A stretch of DNA of 64,000 nt from Eledone cirrhosa (Eukaryota). This document shows positions 40,125 through 50,525 of this stretch, one piece after another (the stretch's first letter is position 1; the number at the start of each line of letters is the position of its first letter). Made by a program: the position numbers and the translations under genes. The notes under the pieces are model-generated. The model was not told the origin of the DNA. It made no database searches and saw only the letters and a list, made by a program, of their open reading frames with translations. The stretch is from positions 199,020,001 through 199,084,000 of the forward strand of contig OZ024740.1 of NCBI GenBank assembly GCA_964016885.1, in the 5' to 3' direction.

Positions 40125-40270
40125 ATTTTCTTCTTCCATCTTTCGCTTACAGATCATTGCTGAAACTGACGAAATATTAGAACAAATTTGCCAAGGGTAC
40201 TCGCAATGGAACCGAACTCGGAACCACCTGTTTGCAAAGCGAACTGCTTGCCCACAGAGCCATTCTTGCA
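40125..40270 (-). mobile_element. Degraded tRNA-derived SINE
   Basis: Minus strand TGGCTCTGTGGG...GAGTTCGGTTCCATTGCG..CCTTGGCAA. Confidence 0.5.
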
Positions 40271-41101
40271 CCTATTTCGTTACGAGACTGAAACGAAGAA
40301 AATTACGGCTTTTGTAATGTCTTTCATTTGCTAGAAATAGTGGTCACATCTTTCTAAAGTTTTACCTAATTACCACATCTTTCTAACTTTAACCTAATTA
40401 ATCTTACAAGCTTTGAATCCTCTCCAGGCTATGGTAAAGTCAACTGTTCAAGCCGTTCGAACCCAGATCCTCGTGATTGCGAAGCAGCATGCTAAAACCT
40501 CAGCTCTGACATATCAACTAAAGTATTTGTACTAATATCGACGTGGATTTCAGTTAGTTGACTAGGATATTAAAGTTAGTGTTAGTATATACAAGTTTTA
40601 TTTCAAGAACACACTATTTCCAAAACGTTTAACTCAAACCATTTTTTATTTTTATTTTATATGAATACTGTAATTGAAAATTGTTACATTTTTCTATAAA
40701 TTTCTTTATTATTCAAATTAATTAACCACGAACTTTTCGCAGTGACCACATGTTATTTAAACACAGTAGAAGTATATATTTCTGGTTGTACGTACAAGAT
40801 AAAGGAACAATTATATATGTATTTTATTTATATTATCTTTCCTCATATTTTCTACAATTCTTTTCACAAAATCAATTGAAGTATAACTGCGAAAAGCAAC
40901 AATTTCAAGTCATATTTAATGATTTAGTATTTCGTATGTGTTGGTGTGATTTAAAAAAAAAGGTCTGAATATAAGAAATGATTTAGTTTTGATTACACCC
41001 CATTTAAATGTGAGACATTCGCCTGGGTTCGGATAGAGATTTTTCTGATTGATTTTCAGGTAATTCGATCATGACATCAGTTGAAGTTGCCGCATCTACC
41101 G

Positions 41102-41626
41102 TCATTTTATCATATTGAACCATATCATGGTGACCGCTTGTTCATAGGAAAGAGGAAGGGCAGAAGAATCGTTGACCGGTTCAGTTATTGAAAGTGGACA
41201 GTAGACACTTTGTAAGGCTTCTTCATATGTTGGTAGTTCTACGAAGTTACTAGACGGCCAATGTGGCTCATTGTTACAACATATATTCTCTGTGTTATGA
41301 CTTCTGCCACCTTCTACATAGTTTTCGTTGTTTTCGGGGGTGACAGAACAAACTGCTTCGTTTTTACATTTTTGGGGGATGAGAAACTGTTTTAGCGACA
41401 CTATAAACATTAGAAATGACATAAGCAACAAAAAGGGACCTGTTATCGATTTCCAGAACACAATATTCCATTCTAACCAGGTAAAAATTATCACCATTAA
41501 CATCAAAATAACTGAAATTTTACCAAACATCAAAGCAAATCTGAGTTCTTCGACCCCAGGTTCCCGAACTATGGTGGGGTTGTTAGTAAAATCATTATAT
41601 TGCCCTATAAATGTCATTACATGCAT
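41102..41626 (-). CDS. Putative small membrane protein with two TM helices and C-terminal PY (LPxY/PPxY-like) motifs
   Basis: Intact 174-aa ATG-initiated ORF in unique sequence; hydrophobic LMFGKISVILMLMVIIFTW and ITGPFLLLMSFLMFIVSL; tail LPTYEEA and LPLSYEQAV; AATAAA on the minus strand near 40705. Confidence 0.7.
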   Translation of the reverse strand: MHVMTFIGQYNDFTNNPTIVREPGVEELRFALMFGKISVILMLMVIIFTWLEWNIVFWKSITGPFLLLMSFLMFIVSLKQFLIPQKCKNEAVCSVTPENNENYVEGGRSHNTENICCNNEPHWPSSNFVELPTYEEALQSVYCPLSITEPVNDSSALPLSYEQAVTMIWFNMIK

Positions 41627-41848
41627 ATGTCTTGGTCTTTAAACTTAAAATCTCTTTTATTTTCGTCGGGTATCGCTTGTTGATATATTTCTATTTCTTC
41701 AAAGAAATGTGTGGCCCCGTCAGATCATACTTATACTTATTTATCAAACACTTTATCATTCTAAAGTTTTTGGGGAAGGTACCAGGTCGTCTGAGGGAGT
41801 TTTCTTGTGTTAATAGGTTCGTTTTATTCTTTATATTTTAATACATGT

Positions 41849-42123
41849 TATATACATGTGTAATATATTGAACAACAGAGAAATTAAGTGTGTGTGTGTA
41901 TATGTAGGTGTGTACACACATTTGTTCTTTTCTTTTGTGCCCTTTTCACTGATTCAAGATATAATGTTAATTATTTTATATACATGCGTAATATATTGAA
42001 TATAAAACAACAGAATTAAATGTGTGTATATATGTAGGTGTGTGTGTATATAGCTGTGTGTGTATACACATCGTTTTTTCTTTCCTTTAATGTCCTTTCC
42101 ACAGATTCAAGATATAATGTTAA
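41849..42123. repeat. Degenerate tandem duplication (~130-145 bp x2) upstream of the membrane-protein ORF
   Basis: TATACATG.GTAATATATTGAA...GATTCAAGATATAATGTTAA occurs twice. Confidence 0.75.
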
Positions 42124-42274
42124 ATATTTACAAAACAAACCAAATGTTTCTGTTTTTACATGTCCAGTTTGTCAGCGTAGAAAATAAAAATTCATCACTC
42201 ACATTTTTTTTATTATTATTCTAATCACCAATTTCAGCTGAGTAAACCACCTTACTATGACGAATAATATTGTT

Positions 42275-42451
42275 ATTGGCAGTATCGGTAGAGGGTCGGA
42301 CGCCATGCTTTCCCGTATAGTTACGTCCCTTTACGATCTGAGTTCAAATCCCGCCGAGATTGACTTTCCCTTTCATCCTTACGGGGTCGATAAAATAAAG
42401 TACCAGTAATGAACTGGGTAATTGCTGGCCTTGTGCCTAAAGTAGAAACAA
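42275..42451 (+). mobile_element. SINE family 1
   Basis: ATTGGCAGTATCGG...GAGTTCAAATCCC...AAGTAGAAACA; flanking AATATTGTTATT repeats look like a TSD. Confidence 0.9.
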
Positions 42452-43367
42452 ATATTGTTATTAAAACTATGTCCCTTATGTTTCTCCTCTGATTGTCTTC
42501 AACATCGATCAGTTTTTCATGTGTACGTGAGTTCGAAAAAGAAATGTTTGTTCTTTATTTTAAATCCTTTAAAGAAATTCGTCCTTAACGTTGCTTGTCG
42601 AACTCAAACAATACACTGACGTCAAACACTTCATTCATTCTTCACCGTCTCTAATTCTCTCATTCTTCACTTTCTCTTATTCTCTCATTGTCCACTTTCT
42701 TTCATTATTTCTCCTCGCATACACTTTCGTTCGGTATCCGCTCTCATTTCTGTCCAAAATATTATATATTATTTCATTTTGCCACGGTACACTAACTCAC
42801 TTCACTTCTCTCCGTCTGTCTTTGTCTCTGTAGTATATATATATATATATATATATAAAAGAACATTTAAAAAATTAAAAATTAACTTATTTACTAAAAT
42901 TAGTTTCTGTAGTAAGTAAGTTAATTTTTAATTTTTTAATTTTTAAAATGTTCTTATTTTACGTCTTTCATATAATTGTTCTGCATCCTCCTGCATTGAA
43001 CCACCTAGGTACTTCGACATAACTTATGTATTTGCTAGCATTAGTGTACATCTGTACGCATATGTTGGTAAATATACTAATTCTCTATATTTATCTCCAA
43101 ATTATTTATTTGTTGAGCAAACTTGCCAAATCCCCTACTAATTCATTGTAGTAGTAGTAGGCCTTTGTCATTATATACCATCCCACTCCTTCTGACTAGC
43201 CTCAGTGTCACGTGATTGATTCTTTAGAATCTGCCATTTGACCAGAGACAGTGAACTTTTTCAGTGCTATGGAATTTAGTCCCCGCTAGCTGTTCCATCC
43301 ACCGAATTATTATTTGTATATAAGTCCCTAGTGTCCGCGCATTGCCTGGAGACTTAGCTGAGAATAG

Positions 43368-43449
43368 ACTCCCTGATAACGTAATGAATTCTCGATGGTT
43401 ACATTGCGTAACTATCTTTATCCCATTACAGAAACTAATTAGTTGGAGT
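43368..43449 (+). ncRNA. Hammerhead, array unit 1 (G8>A core mutation, CTGATAA)
   Basis: ACTCC-CTGATAA-CGTAATG...CATTACA-GAAA-CTAATTAG-TT-GGAGT. Confidence 0.7.
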
Positions 43450-43906
43450 GAAAATTTTAGTAAGTGAGTTAATTTTTAATTTTTAAAATGTTCTTATTTT
43501 ACGTCTTTCATATAATTGTTCTGCATCCTCCTGCATTGAACCACCTAGGTACTTCGACATAACTTATGTATTTGCTAGCATTAGTGTACATCTGTACGCA
43601 TATGTTGGTAAATATACTAATTCTCTATATTTATCTCCAAATTATTTATTTGTTGAGCAAACTTGCCAAATCCCCTACTAATTCATTGTAGTAGTAGTAG
43701 GCCTTTGTCATTATATACCATCCCACTCCTTCTGACTAGCCTCAGTGTCACGTGATTGATTCTTTAGAATCTGCCATTTGACCAGAGACAGTGAACTTTT
43801 TCAGTGCTATGAATTCAGTCCCCGCTAGCTGTTCCATCCACCGAATTATTATTTGTATATGAGTCCCTAGTGTCCGCGCATTGCCTGGAGACTTAGCTGA
43901 GAATAG

Positions 43907-43988
43907 ACTCCCTGATGACGTAATGAATTCTCGATGGTTACATTGCGTAACTATCTTTATCCCATTACAGAAACTAATTAGTTGGAGT
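43907..43988 (+). ncRNA. Hammerhead, array unit 2
   Basis: ACTCC-CTGATGA-CGTAATG...CATTACA-GAAA-CTAATTAG-TT-GGAGT; palindromic ACTAATTAGT stem III. Confidence 0.85.
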
Positions 43989-44446
43989 GAAAATTTTAGT
44001 AAGTAAGTTAATTTTTAATTTTTAAAATTTTCTTATTTTACGTCTTTCATATAATTGTTCTGCATCCTCCTGCATTGAACCACCTAGGTACTTCGACATA
44101 ACTTATGTATTTGCTAGCATTAGTGTACATCTGTACGCATATGTTGATAAATATACTAATTCTCTATATTTATCTCCAAATTATTTATTTGTTGAGCAAA
44201 CTTGCCAAATCCCCTACTAATTCATTGTAGTAGTAGTAGGCCTTTGTCATTATATACCATCCCACTCCTTCTGACTAGCCTCAGTGTCACGTGATTGATT
44301 CTTTAGAATCTGCCATTTGACCAGAGACAGTGAACATTTTCAGTGCTATGGAATTTAGTCCCCGCTAGCTGTTCCATCCACCGAATTATTATTTGTATAT
44401 AAGTCCCTAGTGTCCGCGCATTGCCTGGAGACTTTGCTGAGAATAG

Positions 44447-44528
44447 ACTCCCTGATGACGTAATGAATTATCGATGGTTACATTGCGTAACTATCTTTAT
44501 CCCATTACAGAAACTAATTAGTTGGAGT
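44447..44528 (+). ncRNA. Hammerhead, array unit 3
   Basis: Same motif. Confidence 0.85.
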
Positions 44529-44986
44529 GAAAATTTTGGTAAGTGAGTTAATTTTTAATTTTTAAAATTTACTTATTTTACGTCTTTCATATAATTGTTC
44601 TGCATCCTCCTGCATTGAACCACCTAGGTACTTCGACATAACTTATGTATTTGCTAGCATTAGTGTACATCTGTACGCATATGTTGGTAAATATACTAAT
44701 TCTCTATATTTATCTCCAAATTATTTATTTGTTGAGCAAACTTGCCAAATCCCCTACTAATTCATTGTAGTAGTAGTAGGCCTTTGTCATTATATACCAT
44801 CCCACTCCTTCTGACTAGCCTCAGTGTCACGTGATTGATTCTTTAGAATCTGCCATTTGACCAGAGACAGTGAACTTTTTCAGTGCTATGGAATTCAGTC
44901 CCCGCTAGCTGTTCCATCCACCGAATTATTATTTGTATATGAGTCCCTAGTGTCCGCGCATTGCCTGGAGACTTAGCTGAGAATAG

Positions 44987-45068
44987 ACTCCCTGATGACG
45001 TAATGAATTCTCGATGGCTACATTGCGTAACTATCTTTATCCCATTACAGAAACTAATTAGTTGGAGT
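44987..45068 (+). ncRNA. Hammerhead, array unit 4
   Basis: Same motif. Confidence 0.85.
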
Positions 45069-45526
45069 GAAAATTTTAGTAAGTAAGTTAATTTTTAATT
45101 TTTTAAATTTTCTTATTTTACGTCTTTCATATAATTGTTCTGCATCCTCCTGCATTGAACCACCTAGGTACTTCGACATAACTTATGTATTTGCTAGCAT
45201 TAGTGTACATCTGTACGCATATGTTGGTAAATATACTAATTCTCTATATTTATCTCCAAATTATTTATTTGTTGAGCAAACTTGCCAAATCCCCTACTAA
45301 TTCATTGTAGTAGTAGTAGGCCTTTGTCATTATATACCATCCCACTCCTTCTGACTAGCCTCAGTGTGACGTGATTGATTCTTTAGAATCTGCCATTTGA
45401 CCAGAGACAGTGAACTTTTTCAGTGCTATGGAATTTAGTCCCCGCTAGCTGTTCCATCCACCGAATTATTATTTGTATATAAGTCCCTAGTGTCCGCGCA
45501 TTGCCTGGAGACTTAGCTGAGAATAG

Positions 45527-45608
45527 ACTCCCTGATGACGTAATGAATTCTCGATGGTTACATTGCGTAACTATCTTTATCCCATTACAGAAACTAATTA
45601 GTTGGAGT
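45527..45608 (+). ncRNA. Hammerhead, array unit 5
   Basis: Same motif. Confidence 0.85.
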
Positions 45609-46066
45609 GAACATTTTAGTAAGTGAGTTAATTTTTAATTTTTAAAATTTTCTTATTTTACGTCTTTCATATAATTGTTCTGCATCCTCCTGCATTGAAC
45701 CACCTAGGTACTTCGACATAACTTATGTATTTGCTAGCATTAGTGTACATCTGTACGCATATGTTGGTAAATATACTAATTCTCTATATTTATCTCCAAA
45801 TTATTTATTTGTTGAGCAAACTTGCCAAATTCCCTACTAATTCATTGTAGTAGTAGTAGGCCTTTGCCATTATATACCATCCCACTCCTTCTGACTAGCC
45901 TCAGTGTCACGTGATTGATTCTTTAGAATCTGCCATTTGACCAGAGACAGTGAACTTTTTCAGTGCTATGGAATTCAGTCCCCGCTAGCTGTTCCATCCA
46001 CCGAATTATTATTTGTATATGAGTCCCTAGTGTCCGCGCATTGCCTGGAGACTTAGCTGAGAATAG

Positions 46067-46148
46067 ACTCCCTGATGACGTAATGAATTCTCGATGGTTA
46101 CATTGCGTAACTATCTTTATCCCATTACAGAAACTAATTAGTTGGAGT
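46067..46148 (+). ncRNA. Hammerhead, array unit 6
   Basis: Same motif. Confidence 0.85.
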
Positions 46149-46317
46149 GAAAATTTTAGTAAGTAAGTTAATTTTTAATTTTTAAAATTTTCTTATTTTA
46201 CGTCTTACATATAATTGTTCTGCATCCTCCTGCATTGAACCACCTTGGTACTATGACATAACTTATGTATTTGCTAGCATTAGTGTACATCTGTACGCAT
46301 ATGTTGGTAAATATACT

Positions 46318-46406
<89 letters not shown>

Positions 46407-46441
46407 AATAAATTAAAAGATGGTTAAAAAGGAAGTTCAAT

Positions 46442-46510
46442 GTATGTTATGCGCATTTCAAAAACAAATATCATCCAAGGAGGATATTTGCGTTCTCATC
46501 AGATAAAATA
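46442..46510 (-). ncRNA. Hammerhead, inverted-arm copy of the pLTR family
   Basis: Reverse complement of TATGCGCATTTC...TCTCATCAGATAAAATA. Confidence 0.7.
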
Positions 46511-49500
46511 GGGAGACATTTTATGGAGCTTAAAAAAGACACTTGTGAGCAAGGTAGTGTCTAAACAACTTTGATAAATAAATTTTAAAGGATATAGGAG
46601 ATTCGAAAAAAGGAAAGGAACGGGAGAAAAATAAGGAAGATGAAGAAAGGAAAAAGAGAAAAGACGGAAAGGATAACGGAGGAAGATTATAAGAAGGAGA
46701 AAGGAGAGAGAAAGAGAGAGGAGAGAAAAGAGAGAGAGATAAACATTTAAACTGAGAACCGCTGTCTCACACAGAGAAATGACTGAAAAAAACGGTTGTA
46801 AAATTTATAAATAAATTAAATGAATTAATAAGGTTTTAAATTTAAAAGTTAATGAGGTTTATGGATGATGATGCTTATGATTACAGATATAGAAATTACG
46901 TATACTATTTATTTAGGGTTTAAATAGTGAAGGATTTATTAAGAAGTGCAAACATTTATTTAAAAAGTATTAAGATAAAATAAAGTGAAATATCAAAATA
47001 AAGTTAGATGATTTATAAGCATAGCAGACGATATAGGGTCCTAGCGTGTTTCAATAGATTGTAATATAAAAGTTAATTATTGAAGTTTATGCAAGCATGA
47101 AAGAGAGAAAAACGAAAAAATACGAGGAAGAAAAAAACATTACGTCAAAAATTTGTTTCCAAAATTCACCTAATGCTAATATTAATAGATTTGAGGTAAA
47201 ATTTGGGAAATATAGCTACTAAAAAGTAATGTTGAGAAAAAATGATATAAGGATGAACTATTTAAAACAAAAATTTGGTATCGCCAAGAAGAAATTTGCT
47301 ATAGTAAATTAAAAGGTTTAAAAAACTACAAAAAATTATTAAAAGAAATTAAAAAAATTAAACAATTCGCGGACTAAAAATGTTATAGTATGAATGAACT
47401 TTATTAGAATGCAGTGAAATATGGTAGAAAAAGGGATATATGTGTAAAGAAAATATATATCTGTGAGAAAGAGATTTTAATCCTAATTATAGAGAAAGAT
47501 ATTAGCTATATACTTAGTGAAATGACCTTAGCGATTTATGGATGCAAAGCGAAAATAAATCTGTGCGTCTGTTTATTATAGAATTTAAATTAGAGATAAT
47601 GGTAAATTTTTCGCTAGGCATAAATTACAAGTTCTGGATAGGGAAGCATTAACATAAGGAGAAGCGTTGCAAATTTTTCTCCAAGAACTTTTGTAATTAA
47701 TGTTTTTGTCTTTTAAGGACCAGATGAGTTCTGAGAGAGCAGTGTTTGTTCTTTTAGGTGGGTATTTAAAAGATGAAGAATGGTTATATAATCTCGCCTT
47801 AAAGGAAGTAGAAGGAAAGCCGAAGTAGGTGTAAGAATTGGTGCTAGTTATCACCTTACATACGTATACTAAATTCTTGTCGAGACAGTGATAGTAATAA
47901 CAACATTAGGCCCGATGTCAATGTAAACTCTAGGCAAGTCTCCTTAAATACAAATACGACGTCAAACGTAATTTCATTGAATGCTTCTAATACTAATCTA
48001 AATCAGGAAACATTAGCACCTCTTGTAGGTAATTTCTCCAATACAATTCCTTCTATAAATAACTCTGGGCCACTTGTAAATAACTCTATTAATAACATTA
48101 ATCGTAAATGCAATTGCCTTAATGTCCTCTTAATAATCAGTCTCGACAAGAATTTAGTATACGTATGTAAGGTGATAAATAGCACCAATTCTTACACCTA
48201 CTTCGGCTCTACTTCTACTTCCTTTAAGGCGGGATTAACCATTCTTCATTTTTTAAATACGCACCTAAAAGAACTAACACTACTCTCTCAGAACACATCT
48301 GGTCCTTAAAAGACAAAAACATTAATTACAAAATTTCTGGGAGAAAAATTTGCAACGCTTCTCCTTATTTTAATGCTTCCCTATCCAGAACTGGTAATTT
48401 ATGCCTAGCGGAAAAAATTACCATTATCTCTATTTTGAATTCTATAATAAATAGACGCACAGATTTATTTTCGCTGTGCATCCATAAAACGCTTAGGTCA
48501 TTTCACTAAGTATATAACTAAAATCTTACTCTATAATTAGGATTAAAATCTCTTTCTCACAGAAATATATTTTCTTTACACATATATCCCTTTTTCTACC
48601 ATATTTCACTGCATTCTAATAAAGTTCATTCATACTATAACATTTTTGGTCCGCGAATTGTTTAATTTTTTAATTTCTTTTAATAATTTTTTGTAATTTT
48701 TTTAACCTTTTAATTCACTATAGCAAATTTCTTCTTGGCGATACAAAATATTTGTTTTAAATAGTTCATCTTTATATCATTTCTTCTCAACATTACTTTT
48801 TAGTAGCTATATTTCCCACATTTTACCTCAGATCTATTAATATTAGCATTAGGTGAATTTTGTAAACAAATTTTTGACGTAATGTTTTTTTCTTCCTCGT
48901 ATTTTTTCGTTTTTCTCTCTTTCCATGCTTGTATAAATTTAAATAATTAATTTTTATATTACAATCTATTGAAACACACTAGGACCCTATATCGTCTTCT
49001 ATGCTTATAAATTATCTAACTTTATTTTCATTCACCTTATCTTATTTCACTTTATTTTATCTTAATAATACTTTTTTAATAAATGTTTGCACTTCTTAAT
49101 AAATCCTTCACTATTTAAACCCTAAATAAATAGTATGCGTAATTTCTATATCTGTAATCATAAGCATCATCATCCATAAACCTCATTAACTTTTAAATTT
49201 AAAACCTTATTAATTTATTTAATTTATTTATAAGTTTTACAACAGTTTTTTTTCAGTCATTTCTCTGTGTGAGACAGCGGTTCTCAGTTTAAATGTTTAT
49301 ATATCTCTCTCTTTTCTCTCCCCTCTCTTTCTCTCTCCTTCCTCCTTCTTATAATCTTCCTCCGTTATCCTGTCCTTCTTTTCGCTTTTTTCTTTCTTCG
49401 TCTTCTTTACTTTTCTCCCCTTCCTTTCCTTTTTTCGAATCTCCTATATCCTTTTAAATTCATTTATTAAAGTTGTTTAGACACTACCTTGCTCACAAGT

Positions 49501-49531
49501 GTCTTTTTTAAGCTCCATATCATGTCTCCCT

Positions 49532-49600
49532 ATTTTATCTGATGAGAACGCAAATATCGTCCCTGGATGATATTTGTTTTTGAAATGCGCATAATAAAAT
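49532..49600 (+). ncRNA. Type I hammerhead in Penelope pLTR
   Basis: ATTTTAT-CTGATGA-GAACGCAAATATCGTCC(CT)GGATGATATTTGTTTTT-GAAA-TGCGCA-TA-ATAAAAT. Confidence 0.85.
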
Positions 49601-49721
49601 GCATGGAACTTTTTTAACCATCCATTAATTTCTTCTTATATATACTCCAGTCCAATAAACTGTTGATTGCTACTTATCCGATATTTGCATTGCTTTATTG
49701 TGCTACAATAAAACTCAACTC

Positions 49722-49804
<83 letters not shown>

Positions 49805-50003
49805 TTCACCATGTTTAAATATACATCCTCTTTATAATAATATATAGTAGCTACAAGACCTGTAGTAGAATTAATCTAGTCCGGTTCTCACCTTCCATTT
49901 ATACGACAAACTGTTCCTTGCTCTCTTCCAACAGAATTCAGGAATTCAGTCAATCTAATATAACTGTAAAATGTTCTTCCTGTGATTTGTTTGTTTCATT
50001 TAT

Positions 50004-50062
<59 letters not shown>

Positions 50063-50123
50063 GTTGGTAGACATCCGTAAGATCAAGAAAACAGTGCTCA
50101 ATCTGTTGGAAGAGAGCTGAATT

Positions 50124-50170
50124 AGTGTAAACAAAGTTTCGTACACAAGTGTATGAAACTTTGTTTACTC
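50124..50170. repeat. Short perfect hairpin containing GAAACTTTGTT
   Basis: GTAAACAAAGTTTCGTACAC-AA-GTGTATGAAACTTTGTTTAC. Confidence 0.7.
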
Positions 50171-50180
50171 TATATATATA

Positions 50181-50525
50181 CTAGCTGACGTACCCAGCCT
50201 CGCCCGTGTAAACAGATGATAAGAGAAGACAGGTAAAAGAGAAAATGACTGCATTGGATGTTTGTCTGGTTACAGTATGAGGCGGGTCTGTGGTCTCTGT
50301 GTGATACAAAAAACATAAAATAAAATTCCAGATATAGCAGATTCTTCGTTGTACCGTTTGTGCATAGGATATGAACAATTCTAGGTGCTCCCACCTAGAA
50401 TAGTGACCTCTAGGAGATGGTTCATCTTCTGCCTGACTGTAAAACGTGTATCATTGCATAGACGTGGTTGTTCCACGTTTCTCAAAAGGATGATGGAAGT
50501 TCCAATCTTTTATATTATATGTAGA
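50181..50525 (-). mobile_element. Short non-autonomous Helitron carrying fused helicase fragments
   Basis: Minus strand starts TCTACATATAATATAAAAG and ends CGGGCGAGGCTGGGTACGTCAGCTAG between A and T; encodes KIGTSIILLRNVEQPRLCNDTRFTV...LLEVTIL joined to SRVGAPRIVHILCTNGTTKNLLYLE (Pif1-type helicase motifs). Confidence 0.8.

Larger units (their letters stand above)
42859..46325 (+). repeat. Tandem array of 540-bp HHR-containing units (~6.3 copies) with a short 5' inverted leader; candidate non-LTR retrozyme
   Basis: Near-identical units at period 539-540; one HHR per unit; no ORF; 42859-42910 inverts the unit sequence around the HHR 3' end; (TA)n left, (CT)n(TA)n right. Confidence 0.92.
46405..49725. 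mobile_element. Penelope-like 3' fragment (47918-49725 +) preceded by a ~1.5-kb inverted copy (46405-47905 -), forming a large palindrome
   Basis: GIY-YIG remnants LVYVCKV...YFGSTSTSFKARLYNHSSSF...TALSELIWSLKD...CNLCL on both arms; HHRs at 46442-46510 (-) and 49532-49600 (+); (TA)n flanks. Confidence 0.9.

Noticed and set aside
45067-45300. 77-aa ORF within the 540-bp unit
   Set aside because: Non-ATG start, no recognisable domain, called in only one unit; unit treated as non-coding
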